From Raillietiella orientalis (lineage: Eukaryota): a DNA stretch of 64,000 nucleotides. Positions 39,471 through 53,229 of this stretch are shown in pieces. The stretch is taken from NCBI GenBank assembly GCA_036172245.1, contig JAYWIR010000013.1, positions 1,550,001 to 1,614,000 on the forward strand, in the 5' to 3' direction. Every line of letters begins with the position of its first letter. Position 1 is the first letter of the stretch. A program made the translations under genes and the position numbers. The notes beneath the pieces are model-generated. The model saw nothing but the letters and a program-made list of their open reading frames with translations, was not told where the DNA came from and did not search any database.

Positions 39471-41667
39471 CAGCAATGTACATAAACAGGGTTGCATGGT
39501 CAGATTCATACTGAATAAAAATTAAAGGTCAATATTTCCGCACTATTTCCATCCTTCATGTATAATGTCAATGATGCCCTTCTTGATTCTTCCTCCATGT
39601 TTATGAAGTAGTCGAATATTCTAGGATTTTATATGTGACTGATTGTCAAGCAATACTTTTCCCAATTTGAAATGCTTAATACTTTTGAAGAAAAAAAAAA
39701 ACTCCCATCATCCCCCCAGTCGAGGATTCGAATCTTCTAAATAGGAACATTCCGTAGCATATTCCAGTGAAAATAAGCCGTTCATTCCTGAGATATGGTA
39801 TAAAATCCTCATTCTACCCATGAAAACGTGATTCTAATCATTGTTAATTGCTTTACCAAGCAAGCTGAGGAAACATGAACACAAACTTTTCCTATCTGTC
39901 TTTTAAACATTGTATTGTTTTTCAAGTTTCTGAAGAACTAAAAAGCCAAATACGATTATAGGAAATTTTTTCTTCATTTCTTGATGCACACTGAAATAGA
40001 AACAGGCAAATCAAGTGTTCATTCAGACTTCAAAATTCTTGTCCTCTTAAAACTATGGAACGAGAAAATCAAACATATTACACGAAGAAATGAATGGAAG
40101 TAATGAAAGTAAATGCTAATTTCATATGAACATTTCTAGATTGAAGTGAAAGTTGCAACAGTGTTCAATATTCCCTGAATTAACTATCTACAGCGTATAC
40201 TTGTTTCAAAAGTGTAGAAGCCTAATTTTCTGCTCTTTCTATATGGATCATACATATTATTTACAAAGATTCACGAAAAACTGGAAATCGTCTTTCAGCG
40301 ACCACAAAACCACGAAAACATGTTACTATTTTGTAAAAAATGAGCTTTCCAAAATATTTTATCTGTTCTTTTTACTATGCATATTATTTTTTGTTCTTGA
40401 TTTAATTGTCTATCCCAAAAAGTAACAATCCTTAATCATAAATCAGGCACATTTTCCGGAACCTAAAAATGGCTCAGACGGAACGCAACTTGAATTTTAT
40501 GAATAGTTTTCTGAAAACACCATAAGCAGATGAAGGCATCTCTGTAGTTACAATTACATTTTAGAAGCAGGCAGCTCACATGGATGGTCTATTTCTTGAG
40601 ACAGCACAATGGGAGCAAGAGAAAAACTGGAAATGCACTTAAGGAAACAGAATAGAGATATTTGGGACTTTCATCTGAGTATCCTAACATTTAAAAATAC
40701 TGCAGGCAAGACCCTGCGTTCAATTCACCTCTTCGTTTGTTTAAAATAATGGGAAGATATCCTTTGAACACGATTCAAGATTTGTGTCTATGCAATAAAA
40801 ATGCAACCATATTATTTGAAATTGTATATGTAATCTATTACTCAACATACGATGATCTTTAACACATTTACAATGATTTGAAATGTCAAAAGCACTTGAC
40901 TTCCTCAGTTCGTCATTAACATTCTCAACGTTGGAATCGAAGTAAAGAGTTCATACTTTAGTTCTTCAAATTTAACAGAATAACCTCAGCAGCAATAAAC
41001 TAAGGGAATATATTGATGCTCTTTTGACATGCAGATTTTTAATGATTCATCAGGAAAGAAAATAGCTAAACTAGGGAGTATTAAATTTGCACTCGCAAAT
41101 GCAATTTTGTGAATCATTGATCCATTAGGAAAGTTCATCATCTCATTTCTATTATTTCTCAATTGTATTGTCTCACAAAAATGACTGAAAGCAGAAAAAA
41201 AACAGAAAATAAAAATAAAATGAAGAGAGGACATGATTGCTTTTTTGAATTTTAGGATTCAAATAATCAGTAAGCATTTCTCTAATACGGCACTTCATGA
41301 ATTTCACGAAAGTAAGCATCGTCTGTATTAAGGAATGGCTAAGTTCCCATTGGGCAAGCATATGTTTCAGACTGGTTAGTTTTAAAAATATGTGTAGTAC
41401 AGAATGTCAGGTGTCTATTCTGAAACATTAGTATAGAAAATTATGACTTATATGCGTAAACCACACTATAAAACAAAATGCAATTTCTTTTAAAGATTAA
41501 ATGCTTTCCTACCACTAAGCAAAAAGGTAAAATGGGACTCTCAATAATGAATTGGAACTACTGATTGGAGATTCCCTAGTAGAAAGTCACTGGTAATAGT
41601 AAACCTTGTTGCAGGACGAAAACACCTACATGTCTTCAAAATAAGAAAAAAAGGGAATAGGGGAAGC

Positions 41668-41741
41668 ATCATGCATTTAAATTTCCGGATTCACTCTTAT
41701 GAATCATGCATTTAAATTTCCGGATTCACTCTTATGAATCA
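41668..41741. repeat. Perfect 35-bp tandem duplication
   Basis: ATCATGCATTTAAATTTCCGGATTCACTCTTATGA x2, followed by ATCA. Confidence 0.95.
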
Positions 41742-42649
41742 AATCTTCGACTCTGCTGGGATTGTCTGTGGTTAAAACAGATGCTTTGTTGTAAAGAATA
41801 CTTTACGGCAAAGCTTCCACGTAATTGCATTACTTACTTGCAGCAATATTTGGGGTTCTCACAATACTTTCGAATACACGAATGTATCTGAGCAATTGTG
41901 GTTGCCTACTAACACACCCTTCACAAAATAACAGTAAGTGCATCCTGTAGGACAGTATTAGGTTACCCTTAATTTATTTACTTTCAATAGTAGCCGGAAC
42001 GAAATATTTCTTTCTGTAGACAACCGTTAACGGTTGCGCGATTAAAACAAGTACGATGATATGTGGTCTCTGACGATGACTCTACTCCGCTCTCGGATGA
42101 CTGTGGTCTCTCAGATGAATTCTGAATATGAACGTGGAATCAAATAGAACCATAGCAGTGAAAACAGGTATTTGTGTTCCTTTACTCTTCCACAAAAGAA
42201 ACTGCACATTACAGAGCTGACAAGCGAAACTAAACAAACCGTACAATGAAACCGTACTTTTCCAAAATTTGTAACACAGAGATGAAAAGCAACACATAAT
42301 TAACAAAAACTTCAACACTCCCAAGAAGGTTATGCCAATTGCATACAAGCAAAATGGCTTTTGAACAGAATCAACAGGCAAGGCAGGTCTTTACTCCTGC
42401 ATCCAATTCCGTTATTCTTTGTTCTTCAAACATAAACAAGATTTCAGATACAGTCAATGGCACACACAGAATTATGACTTGTAAAGCTATCCTTTTAACA
42501 TCATTCATCAACACACCAAACTTTATGTCCAATAATACATTTTTCTTCAAGAACATGTTTTTATTTTATTTTCTCCAATAACATCTGCAGGCAGAATTAT
42601 CCATACAGTTATCACAGTCATATTGCAAGCAGATGATACTCTGCTCTTC

Positions 42650-45600
42650 CTACCAAACATGAAATTCTTGGATCTCGTTAATAATGTGGCTGGCAGAATG
42701 CAATGCCTGGAATGCAGTATTAAACATTCACCAGAGTATGCATAAAACAGCAGACCTTCATCATGTCTACTGCTTCCTTGCGCCGAATTGTAATTGATTC
42801 TGATTCCTGCAAAAGTTCATCAATCTCATCTACCTTGTACAAATGGGTAACCAATTCTGACTGCAGATTATCTTTGACAAAATTCACAAGAAAATGCATT
42901 ATGGCTTTAGGCACATTATCTTTAATGGATTTGCGAACAATATGGAAATATGCCTTAATAAGCCGTTCTGAAATCATACTGAGAACACCCTTTCTTAATC
43001 TACCATTTTTACCAATGATCTCACATTCTTGTTCCTCATATTCAGAAAGCTTCCTACTTGAGTTCACTGAGGCATGTGATGATAACGATTTCTGTACATC
43101 TCCAGAATCCTCAGCAGCATCTGAAGTCTCCAGCCTACTTTTATTTCTGTTGGATGCCGAAGCACTTGTAAAGCTTGTGGTCACTGCTGTTTCCTTGCCA
43201 CTTGCATCACCAGCTGCCACTATATTGCTGGGAGTCACCACTGACCCTGGAAACTTATGCTGAAGAAGGATTCCTAATATCTTCTTGGCTGCAGTTCCCC
43301 TGCCTGTCGACTGGGTATCATCTGTAGATGTACCTTGAATGGATGCCTTTGATGAGGGGTTACTAAGAACAGCCTCTTGAACAACATCTTTCATAAGAGA
43401 AGAAACCAGTGCTGCCTCCTTATGAAAATCAGGATGTTTTGTATTAATGTATGCTAATTCAATAGCAATCAAATTTGTAACCTACATACACCAGTCACTT
43501 AATTACACTTCTATTTTCAGTTATCCTACCATTGAGTTGGTAGGTGCAAGCCTTTTCTGAAGCAGCTGAGACACAACTTCAATAACCCTTTCACGTAATC
43601 TTGGGAACCGAATCATCTCCTGTTGACCCTCGATTCCAGAATGCTGAATAATTCGTTGCATTTCTGCATGAACCAATTCCACACAACGGAGGGATGGTTC
43701 TTCTAAACACTTCACTTGCCTCTTTACAAGCAGATCAAAAGATACCTGCAAGTAAATAATGAAAAACAAATAGCTGTACAGATGTAAAGAAACCTCAGGG
43801 ACAAATAAAGCTGGTCTTGTCCCTGTGGCATTTCTGATTGCTGTCAGGATGTCCATGTTGCTGAGGCCTGCCATTGGAGAAATCTTATCCAAAGCTGAGG
43901 CAAATGACTCGTGGAAGATGTAGCAGATGCGAGCTCCGCCACACCTACAACACAAATAGGACACAACTACTACTGCAAAATGCATTTTACAGCTGGGAAG
44001 TCTCGATATTTCTGGAAGTTCCATCAATTGTAGCACAGTATGCCGTAGCAAACTTGGTGATAATCTGCAGTAAAGTCTGATTCTGGTCAACAACTGCATC
44101 CCCATAAGTATTAAGGAGATAGGTATACTGAGACTGCAACAGATTAACACGAGTCTACAAAACAAAACATTTTCAATCTACATTGCAGGATGAACCATTT
44201 TTTTCAAAAAGACAAAATCCTACTAGAAATCATAAACATACAAAAACTACACCCATGCAAAGAAAACGATTCAACCATGCTAAGCAATCTGATTAGAAGA
44301 TCAGAAGTTTTATGAGGGAATTACAAAACTTAAATGCGATCTTCATGTAACTGGCCAATTTACACATATAGCATATCCCTTCTTCCTTTAAATGATTGCT
44401 GTGGAAACTTTACGGCAAAATGCAATTTGCTGATCGTGTTTCAATGATATTAGAGTGTACACTGTTACAGCCATGTGTTAGTCTCCATAATAGTGATTTG
44501 ATCCATACCAATTGATCTGATGGAATTTCCTTGATCTACAGCAATACATAGGGACACTACAATTCAAAGAATTATCCAACTGTAATAGGCATCTCATTAT
44601 TGGATTAAAATTAAAGACGTATTTAAATACGTGTTAAATTTCAACACTCATTTTTTTTTTTTATTGTATCAGACACATCCGTGTGAGTGATAAACAAAAG
44701 CAGGTGAACTCATTCTAAAAATTGGACTATCTGATGATACAATCTTATGAACACAACTGCAACAAGCTTCGTAAGAAAAAAAACACGTGGACATTCACAA
44801 GGAACAACGAGCTGTGACAGACATTTATACTCTAAGATCTGCAAAATTCTAGCAATAAGCATGATTTTATGTTTTCAGATAAAAGCACACTTTCTAGATG
44901 TTTGAAAATGTTTCAAATTAGTGGTTCGATGAGACATGCTCCCTTGTAGAAGGAATTGTGCATATAAGATTATGAAGCCTCTTGTAACTTACAAATTCAT
45001 TCTTCCGACTATAACAGATTTTATTTCACTGAAAAATAACAATACAAGTTTAACCTTTAATTCTGGCAGACAATCCCTGATATGGTGCAATAAAAGTGTG
45101 CTAAGAGTTCTAGCCAGATATGGTGTCCCATTTCTTAATGCTAACATGGGATACTTTTTATGCAGAAATTTAGCTTCATCTTTCAACTGCTCTGCAATAC
45201 TCTGGAATTCAGACAAATACATCATCGTCATAATTAACTTTTTGGAGATTATTCTGATATGCTAACATCAAAAAAGCAATTTGGGCACAAGTACAAAAAT
45301 CAATCACCTTTTTATTTAGAGTGTCCTGATGTGAGCGATTCACCACTCCAATTATACCCAACTTCACAGGGATGATCCGTCCACAAAGAACATCCACAGC
45401 ATCCGTTCCTGAAAATAAACACGTAGAAACAGCAAACAAACACTGAACAACCAGCATCCATCAAGTCCAGTTTTGTAATCACAGCCAACGTTCGAGTACC
45501 ATCTGGGTCAACTTCTCTTGCTAATTTTAAACTTTCGCTGGTGGCCATATCAGTGTTAGCAGCAGTGACGCTCAAAATGATGGAGTTGGGATTTGTAATG

Positions 45601-48600
45601 TACTTTAATATTAAATTTTTTATTTGCATTTCAATATCATCTGGCTGATCCCCAACCGGAACCTAAAACCATATCTAAGATTACAATTCATATTTCTCTC
45701 TCCCTCTCTCTCTGTATATATATATATATACATATATATATACACATACATACATACATATATATACACATACATATATATATACGTACATATACATATA
45801 TATACATACGTACATATACATATACACACACGTGATACTTCGATAAGCACTTGGATGGTTTATACATATACATACGTATTCATTTTACTTAGTATTTGAG
45901 GTGGATTGTGAACTTGATGCTAGGAAGGAACTATTCAATTTGCAAGATTTATTGCCTACCAATGATTTGAAAAATAGCACATTTGAAGAATAAGCACCGA
46001 CTTTAGAGGATTCACTATATTATTTACTGTAGTTAAGGGCAGCTGACTGATTGGACACATATTCATAATTAATGAATACAAATTACCACATCTGCAACAA
46101 CAATTTCGAAAATTTTCTCATGAAATTATCATTTTGCAAGGTTTATAGGAACAACGGTATTCAGTTCAAAAGCAAAACGTCATTGAACGCCTTCCATCCA
46201 AGTACTGTAAACTGGTTTTATTCATGTTATTTATTAGATTTCACCTCCAGACATCATTAGTATTGTGAAATACAGCATGTGAACTGAGAAACATATTAAA
46301 CTATTTACAATCTACAACAACAACAGCATGGCTTTCTCGCACATAGGCATGTTTTTAGCGTATTTGGGGTGCATTCTTTTCTGCAAAATTTCTGAAACCA
46401 GACACTTCTAACAGTTGACATGCTGTCATAGAAGCAATAACAATTTCGAAATTCCTTATAAAGCACAAGCGGAGCAAAATGATCATCGGAAAATTGTAAT
46501 GTTTCCAATGAGAAGCACTAGGCCATCCTGATAATCCCGTGGATGCTCCCCATGCAGGATGACACAAGGAGCTGGATACACCAGCAGTCCGGAGTGACTT
46601 TGTGTGATACTGAATCATGGACATGATAATGACACCTAAACCATTCTCGGGTGCTTCGTTATGTCAAAAGGATCTCTGGCAGCTTCGCATTCAGGACCTG
46701 CGAAGTGTAGAAGAACCACTGCGATTTCGTGTGGTCCAGAGTAACGAAGAACATTCGCCAACTAATAGACAAAGAACAAGGCACCAGCACCTTCCAAGAT
46801 GCCACCGACCATTACGCTAGTAGTGGATTTAATCCACTAGCGATTGGGACAGTGCTCTGGAGGAGTGATATACCACTGGACACTCAGGATAACCCCTCAT
46901 GTTCTTCCATAGAGGCATCCTGAGTGGTTCCAGAATGAAGCTCTTTACAAGAAGAGAGGAAGAAATCTGCAGAGCATGTGGTGGAATAGATACAAGACAT
47001 CACATCCTGACCTGCCCTACATTGCAAGCCAAGTGGACAACCCTGAAAAGGGTCATCGGACTATTTCAACGCCTCGACCATAGAGGTCTTGGCAGGGATG
47101 TTCCAGGGAACTGGAATGGTTCCCCACTATAACCCCATAGTAAGAGTGACCATCGCCCTTTTCATCACCGCCATTATTGTGCGATGGTGGAAGATGAAGA
47201 CCACGAGGACCACCCTATCTGCCCTGGACGTCCTGAAAGGGCTCATCCATAGGGAGATCAGCATCAGAAACTGCAGACGAGTGCAGGCCTGGAACTACAG
47301 ACACATCCTGAGAAGGACTGGAGAAAGAACCTAGGCCCAAACGACACCCAGGTGATTAAGTGCAGTGAGCTTTTCAGAGACCCAAAAAAGCAGACTTCAA
47401 GTGAACACCAGTGAAGTGAAGTGCAGTTTTTGCGCAATTTGTATGAATGAGATTGTAGTTTGAATGAAAAAAGAAAATAAATTCACCCCACTCCTTGTGG
47501 AACTTGGGGAAACAAGAAACACTAGGCCATGCCAAAACTTTAATTACATTCTGCTCCAGATGCTTTCTCACAAACATTACTAAATACTTATGTGATCTGA
47601 AAATAATGAGGTTTAGCCGACTACTTATCATGGCTTTCAAATATTTCTACTAAACATTACACTGGATTTTATCTTGTAACTATTCCAGTTTTTTGGTTTC
47701 TTAAAAAACCATTTGTGCTTATTCTGTTGTTTATACAAGTAGACCTTTCTTGAACTACGCACCATAAGGGCATATCCAACACCAGGAACATGCAGCTTTT
47801 GAATTCAATGAAGTTGAAACCCATGAACAAGACCAACTAAATCGAAATAATTTGTATAACAGCAAACATGATGAAATAAAAGAGAATAAATCGTAATCGA
47901 ACAAACACTTGTGAAAATCTGTGTTTGGTTCAATTAATTTCGAGTTTCATTAATTTAAGAGTTTGCATATTATATGACAGAAGTAAAATCAAATGAATAA
48001 TCGGATATCAAAATTATCAACTAATAAAACGATAAAACATTACAAAAAAATAATAAAATGTCACAAAACAATAGAATGTGAAGCACTAAATGACCACTTT
48101 ATAAACACTGCTTGAGAATAAAGGAAACTTGATTGAAATTGATTATAAAAACACATCTCATAATGTATTATTATAATGCAACTTATTCCTGTCAACATCC
48201 TCACGAATCAAGACCAACAGCAAAGACAACAAGACCGACTTCTAAGCATAGGATCATCAATAAGACAGAATTAGTTTACGAAAAAACGAAAACAAATTAC
48301 ATTTGGCATACTCGCTCACGAATCTGAAGAAACGACACAATGACTCTCAAAGACTAAATAATATAAGCAACAACAATCAAGTATTCAATAATTACCAAAT
48401 TCATTTCTTCAAATGGGGTGGCCTGCACTCCTACAGAAGGAGCTGAAGCCGCAAACAAATCTCTCATACATATACCATCAAAAACAATCCCATTTCCACA
48501 GTGCAACCACATATGTAACATGAATTCACGGGTTGGGTTTACATGAGGTTCAACTCATGTGCATGTGATTGCACATCAACCAAAAGATCAGTGCTTGTCA

Positions 48601-49476
48601 AAGTTCTCACTTTACAAAAAGTATAAATTCCTTTTTATTTTCTCGTACATACCTTTGTCAACCCTGGTGTATCAACTAAAGTGAGGTTGACGACTCTTGG
48701 GGAGAAAATTTTCAGATTTATGGGTTCATCAGAAACTCCTTTGTTTCTACCCGCCTTCCTCTCTGTCTCCCTTTCAATTTCTTCACGAATCTCAGAGAAA
48801 TCATAGAATACTTCCGCATTATGCAAGAACCTTCCCCATTCCTTGCAGCCATCTGCACCTTGAAAAAGAAAAAAAAGACCCTGGATGATATTCTTCCCCC
48901 TTCAGATCAAATTAATACCTCCATCTGAGCAATCCTCATCACTTTCTTTTAGAGAAGTATGTATAAGTTGGAGAATAATCGGGCATCTCGTAATGATGCC
49001 AGTTCCCCTTGGAAGAAAGGAATGACCCACCAAATTTTCGAGCACTGAACTTTTCCCGGAACTCTAGAAGCAAGTAGGAAATAATCAGTTTTCGAAAACC
49101 CATTTGCAGAGTTCCACCATTTACCACTGCACACAAAATTATCGCCATTTGTTCACTGAAAGCATTTTTTTCGAATACCCCGTCAAAGAGTGGTCACGCA
49201 AACAAACGAAAACAAAACAAAACAAAAACAGAGAGAGAGAGAGACTAAAACTGCAGTTTACAAGTAGCCATGCTGTTCAGTCATCGTGAGCAGGAAACCA
49301 AAAGGAACTCAAGAGTCTAAAATGCAGCATGCACAACAGATACCATTGCCAAACAAACACAATGCTGCCCGTACCTGTGCTCCGACAACCACGATTTGAG
49401 GCAGCTGCACGTTTTCAGCTCCAACAACTGAAAAGGCGTCCTGTAACTTATTTATCACCGATATGAGCACTTCCAT
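42650..49476 (-). CDS. DNM1L: Dynamin-related protein 1 (mitochondrial/peroxisomal fission GTPase)
   Basis: Exons 49476-49375, 49063-48919, 48858-48653, 45662-45452, 45408-45308, 45201-45055, 44154-43991, 43944-43794, 43745-43530, 43481-43013, 42967-42756, 42706-42650. Reads [15 protein letters not shown]...[85 protein letters not shown]; ends EFHVW. No PH or proline-rich domain. Confidence 0.96.
45695..45878. repeat. Complex (CT)/(TA)/(TACA) microsatellite in Drp1 intron 3
   Basis: Directly visible. Confidence 0.9.
46511..47530 (+). mobile_element. 5'-truncated L1/Tx1-like LINE with target-site duplication, antisense in Drp1 intron 3
   Basis: ORF2 C-terminal zinc finger [23 protein letters not shown] at ~47477; flanking direct repeats AGAAGCACTAGGCCAT (46511-46526) and AGAAACACTAGGCCAT (47515-47530). 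Confidence 0.8.
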
Positions 49477-50799
49477 TCTTCCGCGTCAGCAGAGTTTGCC
49501 GTTCCACAACAGGAATGGGAGATCCCAAGTCAAAAACCACGTGTTCTTTAGACCACCTTCACTCATTCGGTGCTGAACACAGTTCACTGAAAAGGTGACC
49601 TGAACGGGCATCACCATCGAGCGATTCCTCAATAGCAAACATTCTTTCGTCAAGTTCAAAAGTGGACCTCCGGCATACTTTATCCAAGCACTCAAAATAG
49701 AATCCAGATCTCTACTGCCAATCCTTCCCAAACTTTCGCGCCCGGGTTCACGAGTTACTTTCTCGGCCTAACGAACCCAAACAAACGCACGGGATTCGAA
49801 ACTTTCCGTTCTTGCCCCCTCGCCATCATTCGCACATACCTTCTGGGAATTTCAAACTCCCGTCGAAAGTTACCTGGACCTTTCTCAGCAGGGAACGAAT
49901 CGGGCAGATGGCCCGCACAAATACGCCTCGCGACCAACGCACGCGAAACTGCTCGTTCGCAACTTACGTTTGAATCGCCAACTTTGCAAACCGCGCGCAG
50001 GGTTACCCTCGTCTTTTCGCTCTATTTGTCCAAATTCCGGGGGAACCGAGTCGTTGCTCCCCGTGAAACTCGGACGAGATCCTTCCGCGAGAAATCTTGC
50101 GAGGAAGAAATGCGCAGCCTACTACGGCAGAGGCTGATCTTCAGGCGTTTCAGATACTTGCACCTGAAGGCACAGCTGACGATAGATGCAAATTCGAACG
50201 GAAACAATCCTCGATAGCAAGACTGACGGAATCTCCCACTCATCCCTTGAAGTGAGGGCAGGGAGACACCAACATGTCCCGAATTAACCACACTAGCACC
50301 CTGTTCCGTCTTACGCACGAAGGGAGGCAAACAGAAGGTCCGTGTCAAACAGACAGGTACATCCATTGCACACCGCAAACGGGTCTGGCGAACAATGGTT
50401 CACCAGTATCGATTCAGCCATCCATCCAGGGCATTTCCCAACATGCGACACAATCAACATGAAGCACTCTTTGCATGCTGCGAGCTGCTAGTGTCGCTGC
50501 GTACAAGTGAATAAAGCGTCGGGTGCACATTCAACGCCATTATGCAGACCTTCCTCCTTAGCACCGATCTATATGAAAAGACGACGTTTCGTTGACTTCC
50601 TGTTGAATCAATTCTCCCTTGGCTTCTGTTTCGCCGCAAAATGCTCGGAAATGCAAAGTTATGTGGATATCTGCAAGGCAAACTTTGTCCACATTACTAC
50701 GACCTGTTTGTTTAGTCACTAACCTTCCCGATGAGCACCAGCATTGAAGGATTTGAGCTGAGCAGTCTTTATTGGTTTCCTTTCTCAGTTTCTCGCCGG

Positions 50800-52950
50800 A
50801 ACTCCGTAGAAACTCTCTCGAAGACCTGTTTCCCGCTTCATGCAGGTCTTCAATCCGAGAAGTGAAAAACCAAGGCAGCTCGATCGTTTGTCAATTTCTC
50901 ATTTGAATAACTTGCGATGGTGGATAAACCTGGATGCATTTTCTGAACGCTGCGTGCCTTGGTATATGCCAAGTGATCAGACGATACCAGCTCGTTACCA
51001 AACACAGGGGATGCTTCGAAGTGGATTCGAGAATAAAACAACAGATGCAAGAAGAGACACATTTAGAAATGTGCTGAGAACGGACTTTGTCTTCTTCCTC
51101 TTCTCATCGGGACGCGTGTTGCTTCAGAAGAATTGCATGCAGAGTCCGACGATTTATCGCGTAATCACGTTTTCCACAATTCGGAAAAAAATGGTAAGAG
51201 AGTACACGCTCTTCATTGCAATTGCAGGAGAGGGCACGCTGTTAATTGCTATACCGGAGCAGGCATGCTCTGAGTTTGGGGGAAGCGATTCCTAGCAGCT
51301 GCATACTGAGCTGTGAGTCATCAGCTGTTATCTGTTTCTCCTTACTCAAGCGCTGCTTTTGAGTTTGTGGATGGACAAGAATTGTGGGGCGAAAACTGAC
51401 CGTTCCCTCTGTTCTGCTCTGCCGTGACGCGTCATAGTGGTTTGCCGTAGGTTGTTTCTGTTCTCGATGTTGCACACGCACAGTGCCATACACGTTCGCC
51501 TGTTGTTTCCTGGAGAGTAATATGAGCGATGCCCACGAGCTCTTCATCGAGTTGCATCGGGAAACGAGAGATGTGCGTCGAGAATGCGGGACACACGTGA
51601 TGCAAAGTAGAATTGGTAACCGGTCGGTTTAGAAGTTGCAAGGGACGTTTTAGAAGTGTGGACATCCCCTGAAATTTCCGCATGATGGATGGATGGACCG
51701 GTAGCTGAAGACAGAGTGGATGACTGTCAATGACCGGCAATGACTGTCTTCAGCTCCTGCATCCTTTGGTTGCCTCAATTCCCTTTTTTCTTTAAGCTCT
51801 GTTCTCCCCATGGAGCATTTGTTTTTAAATGCTTGTGCTTTGCTCTGCGACAATCTTCTTTGTTTCTTCTTTGTGACCGCTCTTTCATCGGCAACCTATC
51901 AAAGCCATTAGAATAAAAGTTGAAGCTTGCTTATAAGGAGGGGTCATGCGCAGCGCAGATTGCAACTTAGTACTTCCACCTTAAAGTGTGATTAAGATTA
52001 TGCAAATTTCTTGCTTGTGAAAGTGAACTGTCATTTCATCATTCCAAGTCACTCATTCTTTTGTTTCACTTTCGCTTGTTGATTCTCGTGAAACAGGAGG
52101 AGGATTTTTTTTTCTCTCATAAATGAGTAACTTACGTTTGTTTGTTTGTCTATTGTGATCTGGAATCTCCTGGTCATCGTCCATAACGGAGGTATTCTTT
52201 CTAAGTTTCGACTAGGTGATGCTTTCCAGATTTGTAGATAAATGCATCCATATGAATTGAACGTTCCTCCTGATTACTGCCTTCTGGAGTGAGCACGCAA
52301 TCGGCTAGTCCTGAGAACTATTTCGCAACTCCGGCCAGCATTCAGAAGGAAAGTTGGGTCGTCGGCCTGAGTGTTTGCTAGTCTTTCGAAAACTGCATGG
52401 CATCGGTCATCTGGGAGGCACGACCAAGGAAGGAGGCAAATTATCGCAAGGTTTCACCTTTTTCAACCCGAGTGAGCTAGTCCAGTTGCGAGCACCGGTA
52501 TGAGTCGCGAAGCAAGCCACACGCTGACGTACTTGTTCGGTTTCCGAGAGGCCAGAAACGGGAAAATCCTACGGAACCCTTGGGAACCCTCACAGGTATA
52601 TGAACCGGTCGAAGCGTATTTTTGTGTGTGCCAATGCACCCAGTTCCACAGAGTCCATTCGCATGCTGAACGTACTGCCTGGGTCGTCCGCTGCTATACG
52701 TGGTTGTCGGTGTGTCCGGAGGTGCGACCCCGTTCTCCTGGGCTGAATGGTGTATTGCAAAGATGGTGGAAAGATTTATTGAACCATTTTTTGGAATGTA
52801 CAACACCCCGTGAACTTCCGAGTTTAGACAGATTTACCAGAATTGCCTTCGAGTCCTCATCATCGATGGATGCATCCTACCACCAACGCCTTGTACTTTC
52901 TCCGCCTCTGTGGTAAACGAAGAGCAGATGGCCTTTTTTGACTTCCGAAA
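50800..52950 (+). mobile_element. Decayed L1/Tx1-like ORF2 relic (endonuclease end plus RT start)
   Basis: RQLDRLSIS...MPSDQTI (LDR...SDH positions, 50870-50990) and RSPGLNGVLQRWWKDLL...ELPSLDRFTRI (SPG.DG...LP.S, 52730-52850). Confidence 0.5.
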
Positions 52951-53229
52951 TTAGAAAAAGTTCACTCAAAAGCAGCTCTTCCGCAACAGCTGAAAAGTTG
53001 TGGTCGGGATTTAATTGCAAGGTTGTACTGAATGCAGGAAAGATGCCTTCTATGAACATAACATGAGATCATCCATTCATTTAATTCTGGAAAATTAATG
53101 ATACAAGGCGCTTCTCAAAAGTAAAAACCGATCGGATATAAAGAACAAATAAGAGAAACACGAATGTATTCGTGTTCTAAACACATGCATCCCCATCTTG
53201 TTTTTCTACGTAGTTTTTATTTTATTCCC

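Noticed and set aside
42763..43263. 166-aa plus-strand ORF
   Set aside because: Antisense shadow of Drp1 exons
45620..45899. ORFs rich in Y/I/C/T/H
   Set aside because: Translations of a microsatellite
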